Assembly: GCA_026390995.1 (NCBI GenBank)
Contig: JAPLEX010000046.1
Location: forward strand, 13,829 to 77,828
Origin: Flavobacterium sp.
GTDB taxonomy: Bacteria; Bacteroidota; Bacteroidia; Flavobacteriales; Flavobacteriaceae
Direction of reading: 5' to 3'
Length of the DNA: 64,000 bases
Position 1 is the stretch's first letter. Each line of letters opens with the position of its first letter. Shown here in pieces: positions 47,873 through 58,420 of this stretch. A model generated the notes under the pieces. The model worked only from the letters and a program-made list of their open reading frames with translations, was not told the origin of the DNA and searched no databases. The translations under genes were made by a program, and so were the position numbers.

Positions 47873-49804
47873 ATGAACAAATTTGAACAATTAGGTCTGA
47901 ATGAGTCGCTACTGCTGGCGATCAAAGATCTAGGATTTGAGAATCCGTCAGAAGTGCAAGAAAAAGCGATTCCAGTACTATTGGAACAAGACACTGATTT
48001 AGTAGCTTTAGCACAAACAGGAACAGGGAAAACGGCAGCATTTGGCTTTCCGCTGATTCAAAAAGTTGATGCTGAAAACAGAAGTACGCAAGCCTTAATT
48101 TTATCTCCCACGCGTGAATTGTGTTTGCAAATCACCAACGAGATCAAACAATACTCCAAATACGTAAACGGATTGCACACGGTGGCAATCTATGGCGGGG
48201 CCAGTATTACCGAACAAGCGCGTGAAATTAAACGCGGCGCTCAAATCATTGTAGCTACTCCAGGTAGAATGCAAGACATGATCAATCGAGGATTGGTCAA
48301 CATTAAAAACATCAATTACTGTATTTTGGACGAGGCCGATGAAATGCTCAACATGGGCTTTTACGAAGACATCGTTTCGATTTTATCAGACACACCAGAC
48401 GACAAAAACACCTGGTTATTCTCGGCAACCATGCCGGCTGAAGTAGCTCGTATTGCCAAGAAATTTATGCACGAGCCTGCTGAAGTAACCGTAGGAACCA
48501 AAAACTCCGGATCGGCAACCGTATCTCACGAATTTTACTGTGTAAACGCACGCGATCGTTATGAAGCTTTGAAACGGTTGGCAGATGCCAATCCCGATAT
48601 TTTCTCGGTGGTATTTTGCCGCACCAAACGCGACACCCAAGCGGTGGCAGAAAAATTAATCGAAGATGGATACAGCGCTGCAGCTTTGCACGGCGATTTA
48701 TCTCAGGCACAACGCGATGGTGTAATGAAGTCGTTTCGTGGACGCCAGATTCAAATGCTAGTGGCTACCGATGTAGCGGCCCGTGGAATTGATGTAGAAA
48801 ATATTACCCACGTAGTAAACTACCAATTGCCCGACGAAATCGAAACCTACACCCACCGTTCAGGCCGAACTGGACGTGCAGGCAAATTAGGGACTTCTAT
48901 CGTAATCATCACCAAAAGTGAATTACGTAAAATTTCGTCTATTGAGCGCATCATCAAACAAAAATTCGAAGAAAAAACAATCCCAAGTGGAATTGAAATC
49001 TGCGAAATTCAGTTGTTGCACTTGGCCAATAAAATAAAAGATACCGAAGTTGATCACGAAATTGACAACTACTTGCCAGCCATTAACGACGTGTTGGATG
49101 GCTTGAGTAAAGAAGAATTGATCAAGAAAATGGTGTCGGTAGAGTTTAACCGATTTATTGCCTACTACAAAAAGAAACGCGATTTATCAGGTGAAAAAGG
49201 TGATCGTCCAGAAAGAGGATCTGAACCAAGAGAAATTCGTGCGGGAGATCCGGTGCGTTATTTTGTAAACATTGGTTCACGCGATGATTTTGATTGGATG
49301 CAATTGAAAGATTTCTTGAAAGAAACCTTAGACTTGGGTCGGGATGACGTATTTAAAGTAGACGTAAAAGAAGGTTTCTCTTTCTTTAATACTGACGGAG
49401 AACACACCGATAAAGTAATGAGCATTTTGAATGGCTTCAGCTTGAACGGACGTCGCATCAATGTAGAAATATCCAAAAACGAAGGCGGTGGCGGAAGCAG
49501 CAGCGGACGAAGAGACCACAACGGAAGAAGTTCTGGTGGTGGATTTGGCGGCGGCAGAAGCAGCGGCGGCGGCGGATTTGGACGTGAACGCAGCAGTGCA
49601 CCTCGTGGAGGCGGCAGCGGTTTTGGACCCAAAAAAGAAAGTGGATTTGGCGGACGCAGCGAAAGCCGTAGCGGCGGATTCGGATCGGATCGTCCTGCAC
49701 GACGTTCGGATGCACCCAAACCCGAAGGATTCAGCTCAAGAGCACCTCGACGCTCGGAATCATTTGGTGATAGCCCGCGCCCAAGACGCCCTAGAAAAGA
49801 CTAA
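47873..49804 (+). CDS. DEAD-box RNA helicase, DeaD/CsdA-like, with DbpA RNA-binding domain and Gly/Arg/Ser-rich tail
   Basis: AQTGTGKT, DEADEM, ARGIDV, HRSGRTGRA; VRYFVNIGSRD..VEIS domain. Confidence 0.92.
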   Translation: MNKFEQLGLNESLLLAIKDLGFENPSEVQEKAIPVLLEQDTDLVALAQTGTGKTAAFGFPLIQKVDAENRSTQALILSPTRELCLQITNEIKQYSKYVNGLHTVAIYGGASITEQAREIKRGAQIIVATPGRMQDMINRGLVNIKNINYCILDEADEMLNMGFYEDIVSILSDTPDDKNTWLFSATMPAEVARIAKKFMHEPAEVTVGTKNSGSATVSHEFYCVNARDRYEALKRLADANPDIFSVVFCRTKRDTQAVAEKLIEDGYSAAALHGDLSQAQRDGVMKSFRGRQIQMLVATDVAARGIDVENITHVVNYQLPDEIETYTHRSGRTGRAGKLGTSIVIITKSELRKISSIERIIKQKFEEKTIPSGIEICEIQLLHLANKIKDTEVDHEIDNYLPAINDVLDGLSKEELIKKMVSVEFNRFIAYYKKKRDLSGEKGDRPERGSEPREIRAGDPVRYFVNIGSRDDFDWMQLKDFLKETLDLGRDDVFKVDVKEGFSFFNTDGEHTDKVMSILNGFSLNGRRINVEISKNEGGGGSSSGRRDHNGRSSGGGFGGGRSSGGGGFGRERSSAPRGGGSGFGPKKESGFGGRSESRSGGFGSDRPARRSDAPKPEGFSSRAPRRSESFGDSPRPRRPRKD

Positions 49805-49895
49805 CTTTGGTTTGTTAATTTTCTTATAATTATAGCTTAGGCTACCCAATATCTTAGTTCGTTTTAGTACTTTTAGGCCTTCTAAAAAACAAAAC

Positions 49896-50663
49896 ATGCG
49901 GTATTGGGTAGTCTTTTTTTTATTGTGTTTTTCAGCCGCTCTAACAGCGCAAGAAATTGACACCCCCAGAAAAGTTTCGGGAATTATCCTAAACGACAAC
50001 AGCAAAAATCCAATTGAGAATGTCAACGTAATCAACCTCAACAAAGTGCTGGGTACCGTAACCAATGCCAAAGGCTATTTTGAATTGGAGGTTTCTACCA
50101 ACGACACCTTACACATTTCCTACATCGGGTTTCAATCCCTAAAAATTCGCGTCACCAATGACTGGATTAAAAGCGGAAAAACAACCATTCAACTCACAGA
50201 AAAAGCCATTGCACTCGAAGAAGTAAACATCATGCCCTATTACCTCACTGGATATTTGGAGGTGGATACCAAACTCATTCCTACGGCTGAAAATTACCGC
50301 TACAGCATTTCGGGTTTGCAACAAGGTTATGAAGCCGGCGAAAGCTCTCCCAATGCCTTTGGACGCGTATTGGGTTCTATTTTTAATCCGGCCGATATGC
50401 TCTACAATTTCTTCGGAAAAAAATCGGTAGAATTGAAGCGATTAAAAAAGATGAAAAAAGACGACACCGTGCGCAACCTTCTGGAATCTAAATTTGATCG
50501 AGAAACTTTGGCCGTTTTGTTGGGCGTCGACAAAAAAGAAATTGCCGAAATTATGCAGCGTTGCAACTATTCGGAAGCATTTATTAAAACCGCCAATGAC
50601 TTGCAAATCATGGATGCCATTAGCGAATGCTACGAAGAATACAAAATTCTCAAAAAGAAGTAA
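49896..50663 (+). CDS. Carboxypeptidase-regulatory-like domain protein
   Basis: Signal peptide; GIILND..PIENVNV..GTVTNAKGYF..ISYIGF. Confidence 0.75.
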   Translation: MRYWVVFFLLCFSAALTAQEIDTPRKVSGIILNDNSKNPIENVNVINLNKVLGTVTNAKGYFELEVSTNDTLHISYIGFQSLKIRVTNDWIKSGKTTIQLTEKAIALEEVNIMPYYLTGYLEVDTKLIPTAENYRYSISGLQQGYEAGESSPNAFGRVLGSIFNPADMLYNFFGKKSVELKRLKKMKKDDTVRNLLESKFDRETLAVLLGVDKKEIAEIMQRCNYSEAFIKTANDLQIMDAISECYEEYKILKKK

Positions 50664-51326
50664 TTAGCCCTTTCGTTCGGCAAAATACCGCGCCTCAATT
50701 CGCTTGATGTCTTTGATGGTATTGCGCGACCAATCGATCCTTTTTTGTAAAATTTCATTTTCCGTCAATTGCCAATTCAAGTCAGATTGATGCAAACGGC
50801 TCATGAGGTTTTGAATGATAATCGCCGCCGATACCGAAATATTTAAACTCTCGGTAAAACCCCGCATCGGAATTTTCAAAAAGCCATCGGCCTGATCTAG
50901 TACTTCTTGTGACAAGCCATCGCGCTCGGTTCCAAAAAATAAAGCGGCCGGCTGCGTAATATCAAAATCATCCAACAAACAATCATTTTCGTGCGGAGTA
51001 GTGGCGATGATGCGATAATTTTTGGCTTTCAAACTTTGAATACAATCTGAAATCGATTCAAACCGATTGACATCGACCCATTTTTGGGCTCCCATGGCAA
51101 TTTCTTTGTCAATGCTTTTGCCAAATTTTTCTTCCACCACATTCAATTGTTGAATCCCAAACACCTCACAACTGCGCATCACAGCACTGGTGTTGTGCAA
51201 TTGAAACACATCTTCTATCGCCACCGTAAAATGATTGGTGCGTTGGGACAACACCTTGAGAAACTTCTCTTTTCGGGCGTCGGTTAGGAATTCTTCTAAG
51301 TAGGCCAAGTAGTCGAGATCAGGCAT
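50664..51326 (-). CDS. TrmH/SpoU family RNA methyltransferase
   Basis: HNTSAVMRSC, FFGTERDGLS, IPMRGFTESLNISV. Confidence 0.9.
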   Translation of the reverse strand: MPDLDYLAYLEEFLTDARKEKFLKVLSQRTNHFTVAIEDVFQLHNTSAVMRSCEVFGIQQLNVVEEKFGKSIDKEIAMGAQKWVDVNRFESISDCIQSLKAKNYRIIATTPHENDCLLDDFDITQPAALFFGTERDGLSQEVLDQADGFLKIPMRGFTESLNISVSAAIIIQNLMSRLHQSDLNWQLTENEILQKRIDWSRNTIKDIKRIEARYFAERKG

Positions 51327-51334
51327 AGATTGTT

Positions 51335-51351
51335 TAATTTTGGCAAAAATA
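51335..51351. promoter_or_regulatory. Face-to-face -7 boxes for cobB (+) and the TrmH-family gene (-)
   Basis: TAATTTTG-g-CAAAAATA. Confidence 0.6.
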
Positions 51352-51370
51352 CAAAAAGCCCTTTCGGATT

Positions 51371-52069
51371 ATGAAAAAAAATATCGTGGTATTGAGTGGC
51401 GCCGGGATGTCGGCCGAGAGCGGAATTTCAACCTTTCGGGACAAAAATGGCTTGTGGGAAAACCACGACATTATGGAGGTGGCCTCGCCCGAAGGTTGGC
51501 GTAAAAATCCCCAGTTGGTCTTGGAATTCTACAACCAACGCAGGCGACAATTGCGACAGGTGGATCCCAACGAAGGCCATTTACTTTTAGCCAAATTAGA
51601 GTCGCAATACCACATTGACATCGTGACTCAAAACGTAGACAATTTGCACGAACGGGCCGGAAGTACTCGCGTGTTGCATTTGCATGGCGAATTAACCAAA
51701 GTACGATCAGTAGCCGATGAACATACTCTTTATGAACAGCTCGATGATTTGCAGTGGGGCGACACCGATGCCCATGGAAATCAGTTGCGCCCGCATATTG
51801 TGTGGTTTGGCGAAGAAGTTCCTGCGATAGACGAAGCGATCCTACTCCTTGAGCAGGCCGATTTGGTTTTGGTCATTGGCACTTCGCTGCAAGTGTATCC
51901 GGCAGCCGGTTTGCTTGATTATGCCGATTCCTCCGTTCCTTTGGTATATATCGATTTGAATCCGGCAAGTTTGGCAGGCATTCCCAATCCAATTACCGTA
52001 ATGGCCAAAACAGCCAGTGAAGGAATTCGGGATTTTATGGTACTACTGCCTGAATTATTGGGGAATTAA
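51371..52069 (+). CDS. cobB: NAD-dependent protein deacylase (sirtuin)
   Basis: GAGMSAESGISTFR, TQNVDNLHERAG, HLHG, RPHIVWFGE, GTSLQVYPAA. Confidence 0.93.
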   Translation: MKKNIVVLSGAGMSAESGISTFRDKNGLWENHDIMEVASPEGWRKNPQLVLEFYNQRRRQLRQVDPNEGHLLLAKLESQYHIDIVTQNVDNLHERAGSTRVLHLHGELTKVRSVADEHTLYEQLDDLQWGDTDAHGNQLRPHIVWFGEEVPAIDEAILLLEQADLVLVIGTSLQVYPAAGLLDYADSSVPLVYIDLNPASLAGIPNPITVMAKTASEGIRDFMVLLPELLGN

Positions 52070-52149
52070 TCTACTTTTTTTCGGGCGTTTGCCTTTTATA
52101 AACCTCAGCAAAGTCTTATATTTGCGCCTTATTTTCAACACACTACACC

Positions 52150-53490
52150 ATGGCTGCACTACACGAATTTAATGCCGTTTCCCCGATCGACGGAAGATAC
52201 AGAAGCAAGACCGAATCACTTTCGGCCTATTTTTCAGAAGAAGCCTTAATTCGCTACCGCGTATTAGTAGAAATTGAATATTTTATTGCTTTATGCGAAT
52301 TGCCTTTGCCGCAATTAAGTAAAGTAAATCCAAGTGTGTTTTCGGCTTTGCGCAGCTTGTATGAAAATTTTTCAACGGCCGATGCACAAGCCATCAAAGA
52401 CATTGAGCAAACCACCAACCACGATGTAAAAGCCGTGGAATACTTTATCAAACAAGCCTTTGACCGTTTGGACTTGGCTCCTTACAAAGAATTCATCCAC
52501 TTCGGATTGACTTCGCAAGACATCAACAACACGGCCATTCCGCTATCAACCAAGGTTCACAACGTTTACTTGAAATCCTTAATTGCAGTGATAGCCAAAC
52601 TCAAAGAGATGAGCGTAGCTTGGGCCGAGATTCCGATGTTGGCCCGTACGCACGGACAACCCGCCTCGCCTACTCGTTTGGGTACGGAAATTGGGGTGTT
52701 TGTAGAACGCTTGGAAGAGCAACTGCGTTTGTTGTTTTCGATTCCTTTTGCCGCCAAATTTGGGGGAGCAACCGGAAATTACAACGCGCACCACGTGTCC
52801 TACCCGCAGGTAGATTGGCGCAAGTTTGGCACTGATTTCGTGAGTGATACCTTGGGCTTGCACCACTCCTTTCCCACCACACAAATAGAACATTACGATC
52901 ATTTTGCCGGCTTTTTTGATGCGTTAAAAAGAATCAATACCATCTTGATTGATTTGGACCGCGACATCTGGACTTATGTCTCGATGGATTACTTTAAGCA
53001 AAAAATAAAAGCGGGCGAAATTGGTTCCTCGGCCATGCCACACAAAGTAAACCCGATAGATTTTGAAAATTCGGAAGGCAATTTAGGAATGGCCAATGCC
53101 TTGTTTGAGCATTTATCGGCCAAATTACCGATCTCCCGTTTGCAACGCGATTTGACTGACAGCACGGTGTTGCGCAACATAGGCGTTCCATTTGGGCACA
53201 CGATTATTGCATTAGAAGCCACCTTAAAAGGTTTGAATAAATTGGTGTTAAACGAAGACAAATTGGCCAGCGAATTGGAAAATAACTGGGCTGTAGTGGC
53301 CGAAGCCATTCAAACGATTTTGCGCCGCGAAGGCTATCCAAATCCGTATGAAGCCTTGAAAGATCTAACCCGCACTCACGGTGTGATTAATCAAGAAGCC
53401 ATTCAGGAATTCATCCAAACATTACAAGTTTCTAGTGAAATTAAAGACGAATTACTGGCGATTAGCCCGAGTAATTATGTGGGGATTTAG
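52150..53490 (+). CDS. purB: Adenylosuccinate lyase
   Basis: SPIDGRY, TNHDVKAVEY, HFGLTSQD, RTHGQPA, SSAMPHKVNPIDFENSEGN. Confidence 0.96.
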   Translation: MAALHEFNAVSPIDGRYRSKTESLSAYFSEEALIRYRVLVEIEYFIALCELPLPQLSKVNPSVFSALRSLYENFSTADAQAIKDIEQTTNHDVKAVEYFIKQAFDRLDLAPYKEFIHFGLTSQDINNTAIPLSTKVHNVYLKSLIAVIAKLKEMSVAWAEIPMLARTHGQPASPTRLGTEIGVFVERLEEQLRLLFSIPFAAKFGGATGNYNAHHVSYPQVDWRKFGTDFVSDTLGLHHSFPTTQIEHYDHFAGFFDALKRINTILIDLDRDIWTYVSMDYFKQKIKAGEIGSSAMPHKVNPIDFENSEGNLGMANALFEHLSAKLPISRLQRDLTDSTVLRNIGVPFGHTIIALEATLKGLNKLVLNEDKLASELENNWAVVAEAIQTILRREGYPNPYEALKDLTRTHGVINQEAIQEFIQTLQVSSEIKDELLAISPSNYVGI

Positions 53491-53494
53491 AAAG

Positions 53495-53670
53495 TTGTCG
53501 GTTTAGATAATTGAAAGATTGAAAAATTTAAAGATTTAAAGATTTAAAGATTTCGTCTAGAAGTCATAGTTTTGTCCTGAAGATTTGGAATTTCTTATCG
53601 ACTGTTCTCAGTATATTCAGAAAACTTCCCACTTCCATCTTCCATCTTCCAACTCCCCGCTTCCCACTTA
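53495..53670 (-). repeat. Intergenic composite element between convergent purB and guaB
   Basis: Minus strand from the guaB stop: TGGGAAG-type heptamers, GAATATACTGAGAAC-agtcga-TAAGAAATTCCAA, CTTCAGGAC, then an AATCTTTA octamer array. Confidence 0.85.
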
Positions 53671-55140
53671 CCTAGAATAATTCGGTGCTTCCTTCGTAAT
53701 CGTCACATTGTGCGGATGACTTTCGGTAATTCCACTGGCAGTGATGCGCACAAAACGACCGGTTTCTTGCAGTGTAGGAATATCTTTGGCACCGCAATAA
53801 CCCATTCCGGCTCGGAGGCCGCCAATGAATTGTTGCATGCTTTCGTTTAATTCGCCTTTGTACGGCACACGCCCTACGATGCCTTCGGGTACTAATTTTT
53901 TTACATCGTCTTCTACGTCTTGAAAATAGCGGTCTTTCGAGCCTTCTTGCATGGCTTCAACCGAACCCATTCCGCGATAGGATTTAAATTTACGTCCTTC
54001 AAAAATGATGGTTTCGCCTGGAGATTCTTTGGTACCGGCCAATAAAGAGCCCAACATCACGCAATCGGCGCCGGCAGCAATGGCTTTAGGAATGTCACCG
54101 GTGTAGCGAATTCCTCCATCGGCAATTACCGGAACACCACTGCCTTTTAGGGCGGCAGCTACTTCTAACACGGCTGAAAATTGCGGAAAACCAACCCCAG
54201 CTACAATACGCGTAGTACAAATAGAACCCGGACCAATCCCCACTTTTACGCCATCGGCACCGTGCTGAGCCAAATACAAGGCGGCTTCGGGTGTGGCAAT
54301 ATTTCCAACAATTACATCGATACTCGGGAATTGTGCTTTAACTAATTTTAATACGTTCACTACGCCTTCGGTATGCCCGTGAGCAGTGTCAATAATAACC
54401 GCATCCACTCCCGCTTGCACTAAAGCAGCGGCACGATCAATCGCATCGGCCGTTACGCCAATAGCAGCAGCAACGCGTAAACGACCAAAGGTATCTTTGT
54501 TGGCAATGGGTTTTTGGGTCAATTTGGTGATATCTCGAAACGTAATCAAACCGACTAGTTTGTAATTTTGGTCGACTACGGGTAACTTTTCGATTTTATT
54601 TTCTTGTAAAATGCCTTCGGCTTCTTGCAGGGTAGTACCAACGGCAGCCGTTACTAAATTTTTGGAAGTCATGACCTCAGTAATGGGTCGACTGTTTTCT
54701 TTTTCAAAACGCATGTCGCGATTGGTGGTAATTCCTTTCAGAATGCCATGTTCGTCAACTACAGGAATTCCGCCTATGCCGTGCTCTTTCATCAATGATT
54801 TGGCATCACCCACGGTAGCCGAGAGCGGCAAGGTTACAGGATCGATGATCATGCCGCTTTCGGCACGCTTTACTTTGCGCACTTTGGCCGCTTGTTGCTC
54901 GATGCTCATGTTTTTATGCAACACGCCAATTCCTCCCTCTTGTGCTATAGCAATCGCCATTGCACTTTCAGTCACGGTATCCATCGCCGCTGAAACGATG
55001 GGCACGTTTAAGGAAATATTTTTAGAAAATCTAGATTGGATGCGCACTTCGCGGGGAAGCACATTAGAATAATTGGGAACTAAAAGGACGTCATCATAGG
55101 TTAATCCTTCGCCGATAATTTTCGTGTGGTGTGCGTTCAT
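53668..55140 (-). CDS. guaB: IMP dehydrogenase
   Basis: [12 protein letters not shown] pair, [23 protein letters not shown]. Confidence 0.97.
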   Translation of the reverse strand: MNAHHTKIIGEGLTYDDVLLVPNYSNVLPREVRIQSRFSKNISLNVPIVSAAMDTVTESAMAIAIAQEGGIGVLHKNMSIEQQAAKVRKVKRAESGMIIDPVTLPLSATVGDAKSLMKEHGIGGIPVVDEHGILKGITTNRDMRFEKENSRPITEVMTSKNLVTAAVGTTLQEAEGILQENKIEKLPVVDQNYKLVGLITFRDITKLTQKPIANKDTFGRLRVAAAIGVTADAIDRAAALVQAGVDAVIIDTAHGHTEGVVNVLKLVKAQFPSIDVIVGNIATPEAALYLAQHGADGVKVGIGPGSICTTRIVAGVGFPQFSAVLEVAAALKGSGVPVIADGGIRYTGDIPKAIAAGADCVMLGSLLAGTKESPGETIIFEGRKFKSYRGMGSVEAMQEGSKDRYFQDVEDDVKKLVPEGIVGRVPYKGELNESMQQFIGGLRAGMGYCGAKDIPTLQETGRFVRITASGITESHPHNVTITKEAPNYSR

Positions 55141-55227
55141 TGCAATTTGAAGTTGTAGTTAAATTGCGTGCAAATATAAAGTAATTTATTTAGAAAAACG
55201 GCGCGTTTTCGGACAGAAAATAGAATT

Positions 55228-56091
55228 TTAATGGTAGAATTTAAAAATCTTGGTCGCCTCGTTATAAGCGCTTTCAAAACTCAAGGGACTGGTGCCCGTT
55301 GCTTCTTTTTGGGTGGTAAAATAAGACAACAATTTTTCGGTGGGCATATTTCCGGTTAGTTCATCTTTGGCCATCGGACAACCGCCAAAACCTTGAACCG
55401 CGCCATCAAATCGGCGGCAACCGGCCCTGTAGGCGGCGTCTACTTTTTCAAACCATTTATCGGGTGTGGTATGCAAGTGAGCACCAAATTCTATGGTGGG
55501 ATATTGTGGAATTAAATTCGAAAATAAATACGAAATCACCTCGGGCGTAGAACTGCCAATGGTATCCGATAGCGACAATATGGCCACGCCCATTTGGGCC
55601 AATCGTTCGGTCCATTCAGCCACAATTTCGACGTTCCAAGGATCGCCATACGGATTGCCAAACCCCATGGACAAATAGGCTACGACTTCTTTGTTGTGTG
55701 CATGGGCAATGTCGAGGATTTCTTGCAAACTCAACAAGGATTCGGCGATGGTTTTATGGGTATTACGCATTTGGAAATTCTCAGAAATCGAAAACGGAAA
55801 TCCCAAATAATTGATTTCTGGAAACTGTGCTGCGGCTTGTGCGCCTTGGGTATTGGCAATGATGGCCAACAATTTACTTTGGGTTTGTGACAAATCGAGT
55901 TGCGCCAAAACGGCTGCCGTATCTTGCATTTGCGGAATGGCCTTGGCCGATACAAAACTCCCGAAATCGATGGTGTCAAAACCTACCCGCAACAGCGACT
56001 GCAGGTAATCCACCTTGCGCTGGGTAGGAATAAATTCCTTGATGCCTTGCATGGCGTCTCGCGGACATTCGATGATTTTGATGGGATTCAC
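55228..56091 (-). CDS. Hydroxymethylglutaryl-CoA lyase family protein
   Basis: ECPRDAMQG, GSFVSAKAIPQM, LSDTIG, HLH, GFGGCP, GNMPTE. Confidence 0.88.
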   Translation of the reverse strand: MNPIKIIECPRDAMQGIKEFIPTQRKVDYLQSLLRVGFDTIDFGSFVSAKAIPQMQDTAAVLAQLDLSQTQSKLLAIIANTQGAQAAAQFPEINYLGFPFSISENFQMRNTHKTIAESLLSLQEILDIAHAHNKEVVAYLSMGFGNPYGDPWNVEIVAEWTERLAQMGVAILSLSDTIGSSTPEVISYLFSNLIPQYPTIEFGAHLHTTPDKWFEKVDAAYRAGCRRFDGAVQGFGGCPMAKDELTGNMPTEKLLSYFTTQKEATGTSPLSFESAYNEATKIFKFYH

Positions 56092-56096
56092 AGCTA

Positions 56097-57125
56097 CTAT
56101 TTGATGGCTAAAGATAGCGCGATTTTTTGATTAATGGCTTTCACCAAGGCCGGACCTTCGTAAATAAAACCGGTATACAACTGCACCATACTGGCTCCAG
56201 CTTCAAGCTTTTCGAGGGCATCATCGGCGCTGTGAATACCGCCTACACCAATGATTGGAAATGCACGGTTGCTTTTTTCAGCTAAAAACCGAATCACTTC
56301 GGTGGAACGTTGGGTTAAGGGTTTACCGGATAATCCGCCCATTTCAATTTTGTTTTCCGATTGCAAACCTTCTCTGGATAGCGTAGTATTGGTGGCAATC
56401 ACGCCCGCAATTTGGGTGATTTTTACAATGTCGATGATGTCAAGCAATTGCTCGTCGGTGAGATCGGGGGCTATTTTGAGTAAGATGGGTTTGGTCTTGA
56501 CTTGGGCCAAATTTTTATTTTGCAAAGTTTGCAACAATTGCGTGAGTGGTTCCTTGTCTTGCAGGGCACGCAAGTTGGGTGTATTGGGCGAACTCACATT
56601 CACCACAAAATAATCGACCACCTCATACAAGGCATCAAAACAAATTTCGTAATCGGAAGTGGCGGTTTCGTTGGGGGTATCTTTGTTTTTGCCGATGTTT
56701 CCTCCAATCAATACGCCTTTGTTTTGTTTCAAGCGCAACACAGCCGAATCCACTCCCCCATTGTTAAAGCCCATGCGGTTGATGATGGCGCTGTCGGCTT
56801 TGAGTCTAAACAAACGTTTTTTAGGATTACCGGCCTGAGGCTTGGGCGTAAGCGTACCAATCTCGATGAAGCCAAATCCAAAATTGGCCAATTCCTGGTA
56901 CAACTTGGCATCTTTGTCAAAGCCAGCCGCTAATCCTACCGGATTTTTAAATTTTAACCCAAATACTTCGCGTTCCAATCGAGGGTCATTAACCGCATAC
57001 ATTTGATTACACAACCAACCAAAGCCCGGAATTTTATGCAACAAACGAATGCACGCAAAGGTAAAATAATGCACTTGTTCGGGATCAAACCAAAACAAGA
57101 TCGGACGAAGAAGGAGTTTGTACAT
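56097..57125 (-). CDS. pyrD: Quinone-dependent dihydroorotate dehydrogenase (class 2)
   Basis: [35 protein letters not shown]; promoter box at 57144-57151. Confidence 0.96.
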   Translation of the reverse strand: MYKLLLRPILFWFDPEQVHYFTFACIRLLHKIPGFGWLCNQMYAVNDPRLEREVFGLKFKNPVGLAAGFDKDAKLYQELANFGFGFIEIGTLTPKPQAGNPKKRLFRLKADSAIINRMGFNNGGVDSAVLRLKQNKGVLIGGNIGKNKDTPNETATSDYEICFDALYEVVDYFVVNVSSPNTPNLRALQDKEPLTQLLQTLQNKNLAQVKTKPILLKIAPDLTDEQLLDIIDIVKITQIAGVIATNTTLSREGLQSENKIEMGGLSGKPLTQRSTEVIRFLAEKSNRAFPIIGVGGIHSADDALEKLEAGASMVQLYTGFIYEGPALVKAINQKIALSLAIK

Positions 57126-57192
57126 GAGGAATTATTTGCTGCACAAAAGTAAATTATAATTGTTAATTAATACTGAATAATTGTAGATTAAG

Positions 57193-57307
57193 AGCGGGAA
57201 GTGGGAAGTTGGGAGTGGGAAGAAAACCTAAAACCTAAAACCTACAACCTACAACCCACAACCTAAAACCTACCACCTAAAACCCACAACCTAAAACCCA
57301 CAACCTT
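57193..57307. repeat. Two abutting heptamer tandem arrays between divergent genes
   Basis: Four GTGGGAA-like units, then twelve (A/C)AACC(T/C)A-like units. Confidence 0.9.
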
Positions 57308-57372
57308 AACAATCTCTTCTGATGAAATATATCTTTATTACTTACTTTTGAAAAAAAAATAATCCTTTTAAT

Positions 57373-57939
57373 ATGAAAAAAATAATTTTTGCAGGAGTCA
57401 TATCCCTGATTTTGCTAGGCGGATTTGTATATTCAACTCGAGAAGTTAATAATCAAACCCCTAAAAAGCCAATTCCAAAGCTGCTTTCAGCTGCTGAAAT
57501 GAAGGCTAAACTAAAAAAATGGGAAGCGACTCCTGATGGCATTCAGTACAAAAAATGGCAAGCCTCTCCAGCAGGCAAAAAAGTGCATGCCAGTATTGCT
57601 AAAATAAGCCAATCCATTAAGGATAAAAGTAATATGGAAGCAGTTGTTACCTCTCTTTCTCTTCCGCCAGGATCAAGATTAGGTTTCGGAGTAATGGTTA
57701 GGATTAATGATGCTGATTATATTCTTACTTTAGGATTGGATAAGCAAGGCAAGAATGCATTGGATTTTAAAAATGAATATGAGCAATTGCATAGCCTAAA
57801 AGTGAACGACAAAATAAGTATAAAAAGCCATAGTGTTTCGCAAGCACCCAAGTATTCCTATCCAATAATTGCAGGAGACTATGTAGAACGAGATCATAAA
57901 CAAATATATAAACGCGTACTTCGAAAAGGCGGTTGCTAA
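57373..57939 (+). CDS. Hypothetical exported or membrane-anchored protein
   Basis: 188-aa ORF, N-terminal hydrophobic segment, TACTTTTG box at 57343-57350. Confidence 0.7.
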   Translation: MKKIIFAGVISLILLGGFVYSTREVNNQTPKKPIPKLLSAAEMKAKLKKWEATPDGIQYKKWQASPAGKKVHASIAKISQSIKDKSNMEAVVTSLSLPPGSRLGFGVMVRINDADYILTLGLDKQGKNALDFKNEYEQLHSLKVNDKISIKSHSVSQAPKYSYPIIAGDYVERDHKQIYKRVLRKGGC

Positions 57940-58058
57940 CTAAAGTATAAAATACATTGATAGAAATTAATCGATTGACTATCAAAAACTTTATACGCTT
58001 AAAAGAGAAGAAATTATTAGACTACTAATCTTACCCTTTTTATATAAAAACCAAAGAA

Positions 58059-58331
58059 ATGAAAAAATTTATGCTTGATATCCAATTAGACGGATTGGAC
58101 AATGAAACAAGAATGAAACTACTCCCCAGAGAACAAGAGCTTGTAAAAGAGATGGAACAAAACGGCACTATTGTAGACACCTTTATTAAACTTGATATGT
58201 CCGGAATTTTTATTGTGATGATGGCAACAGATTCAGAAGATGTTCATACAAAACTTTCCACTTTGCCTTATTATCCTTTTATGAAAATTAAAACAATTCC
58301 TGTTCGAGTGGTTAACAGCATCAATCAATAA
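58059..58331 (+). CDS. Muconolactone delta-isomerase-like small protein
   Basis: 90 aa; REQELV..EQNG..ATDSEDVHTKLSTLPYYPFMKIKTIPV resembles the MIase C-terminal pattern. Confidence 0.6.
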   Translation: MKKFMLDIQLDGLDNETRMKLLPREQELVKEMEQNGTIVDTFIKLDMSGIFIVMMATDSEDVHTKLSTLPYYPFMKIKTIPVRVVNSINQ

Positions 58332-58420
58332 TATGCTAAATTAACTCTAAAAAATTATCGATGTTGTGGCCGAAAACAAGCCGAACCTCCCGCCGGTGAT
58401 GTCATTTCAAAAAATAAAAA

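Noticed and set aside
49258-49829. Pro-rich and Ala-rich ORFs over the helicase tail
   Set aside because: Alternative-frame shadows of the Gly/Arg/Ser low-complexity coding region
622-56933. Numerous 60-150 aa antisense or nested ORFs in the track
   Set aside because: They lie within well-supported genes and show no motifs or independent promoters
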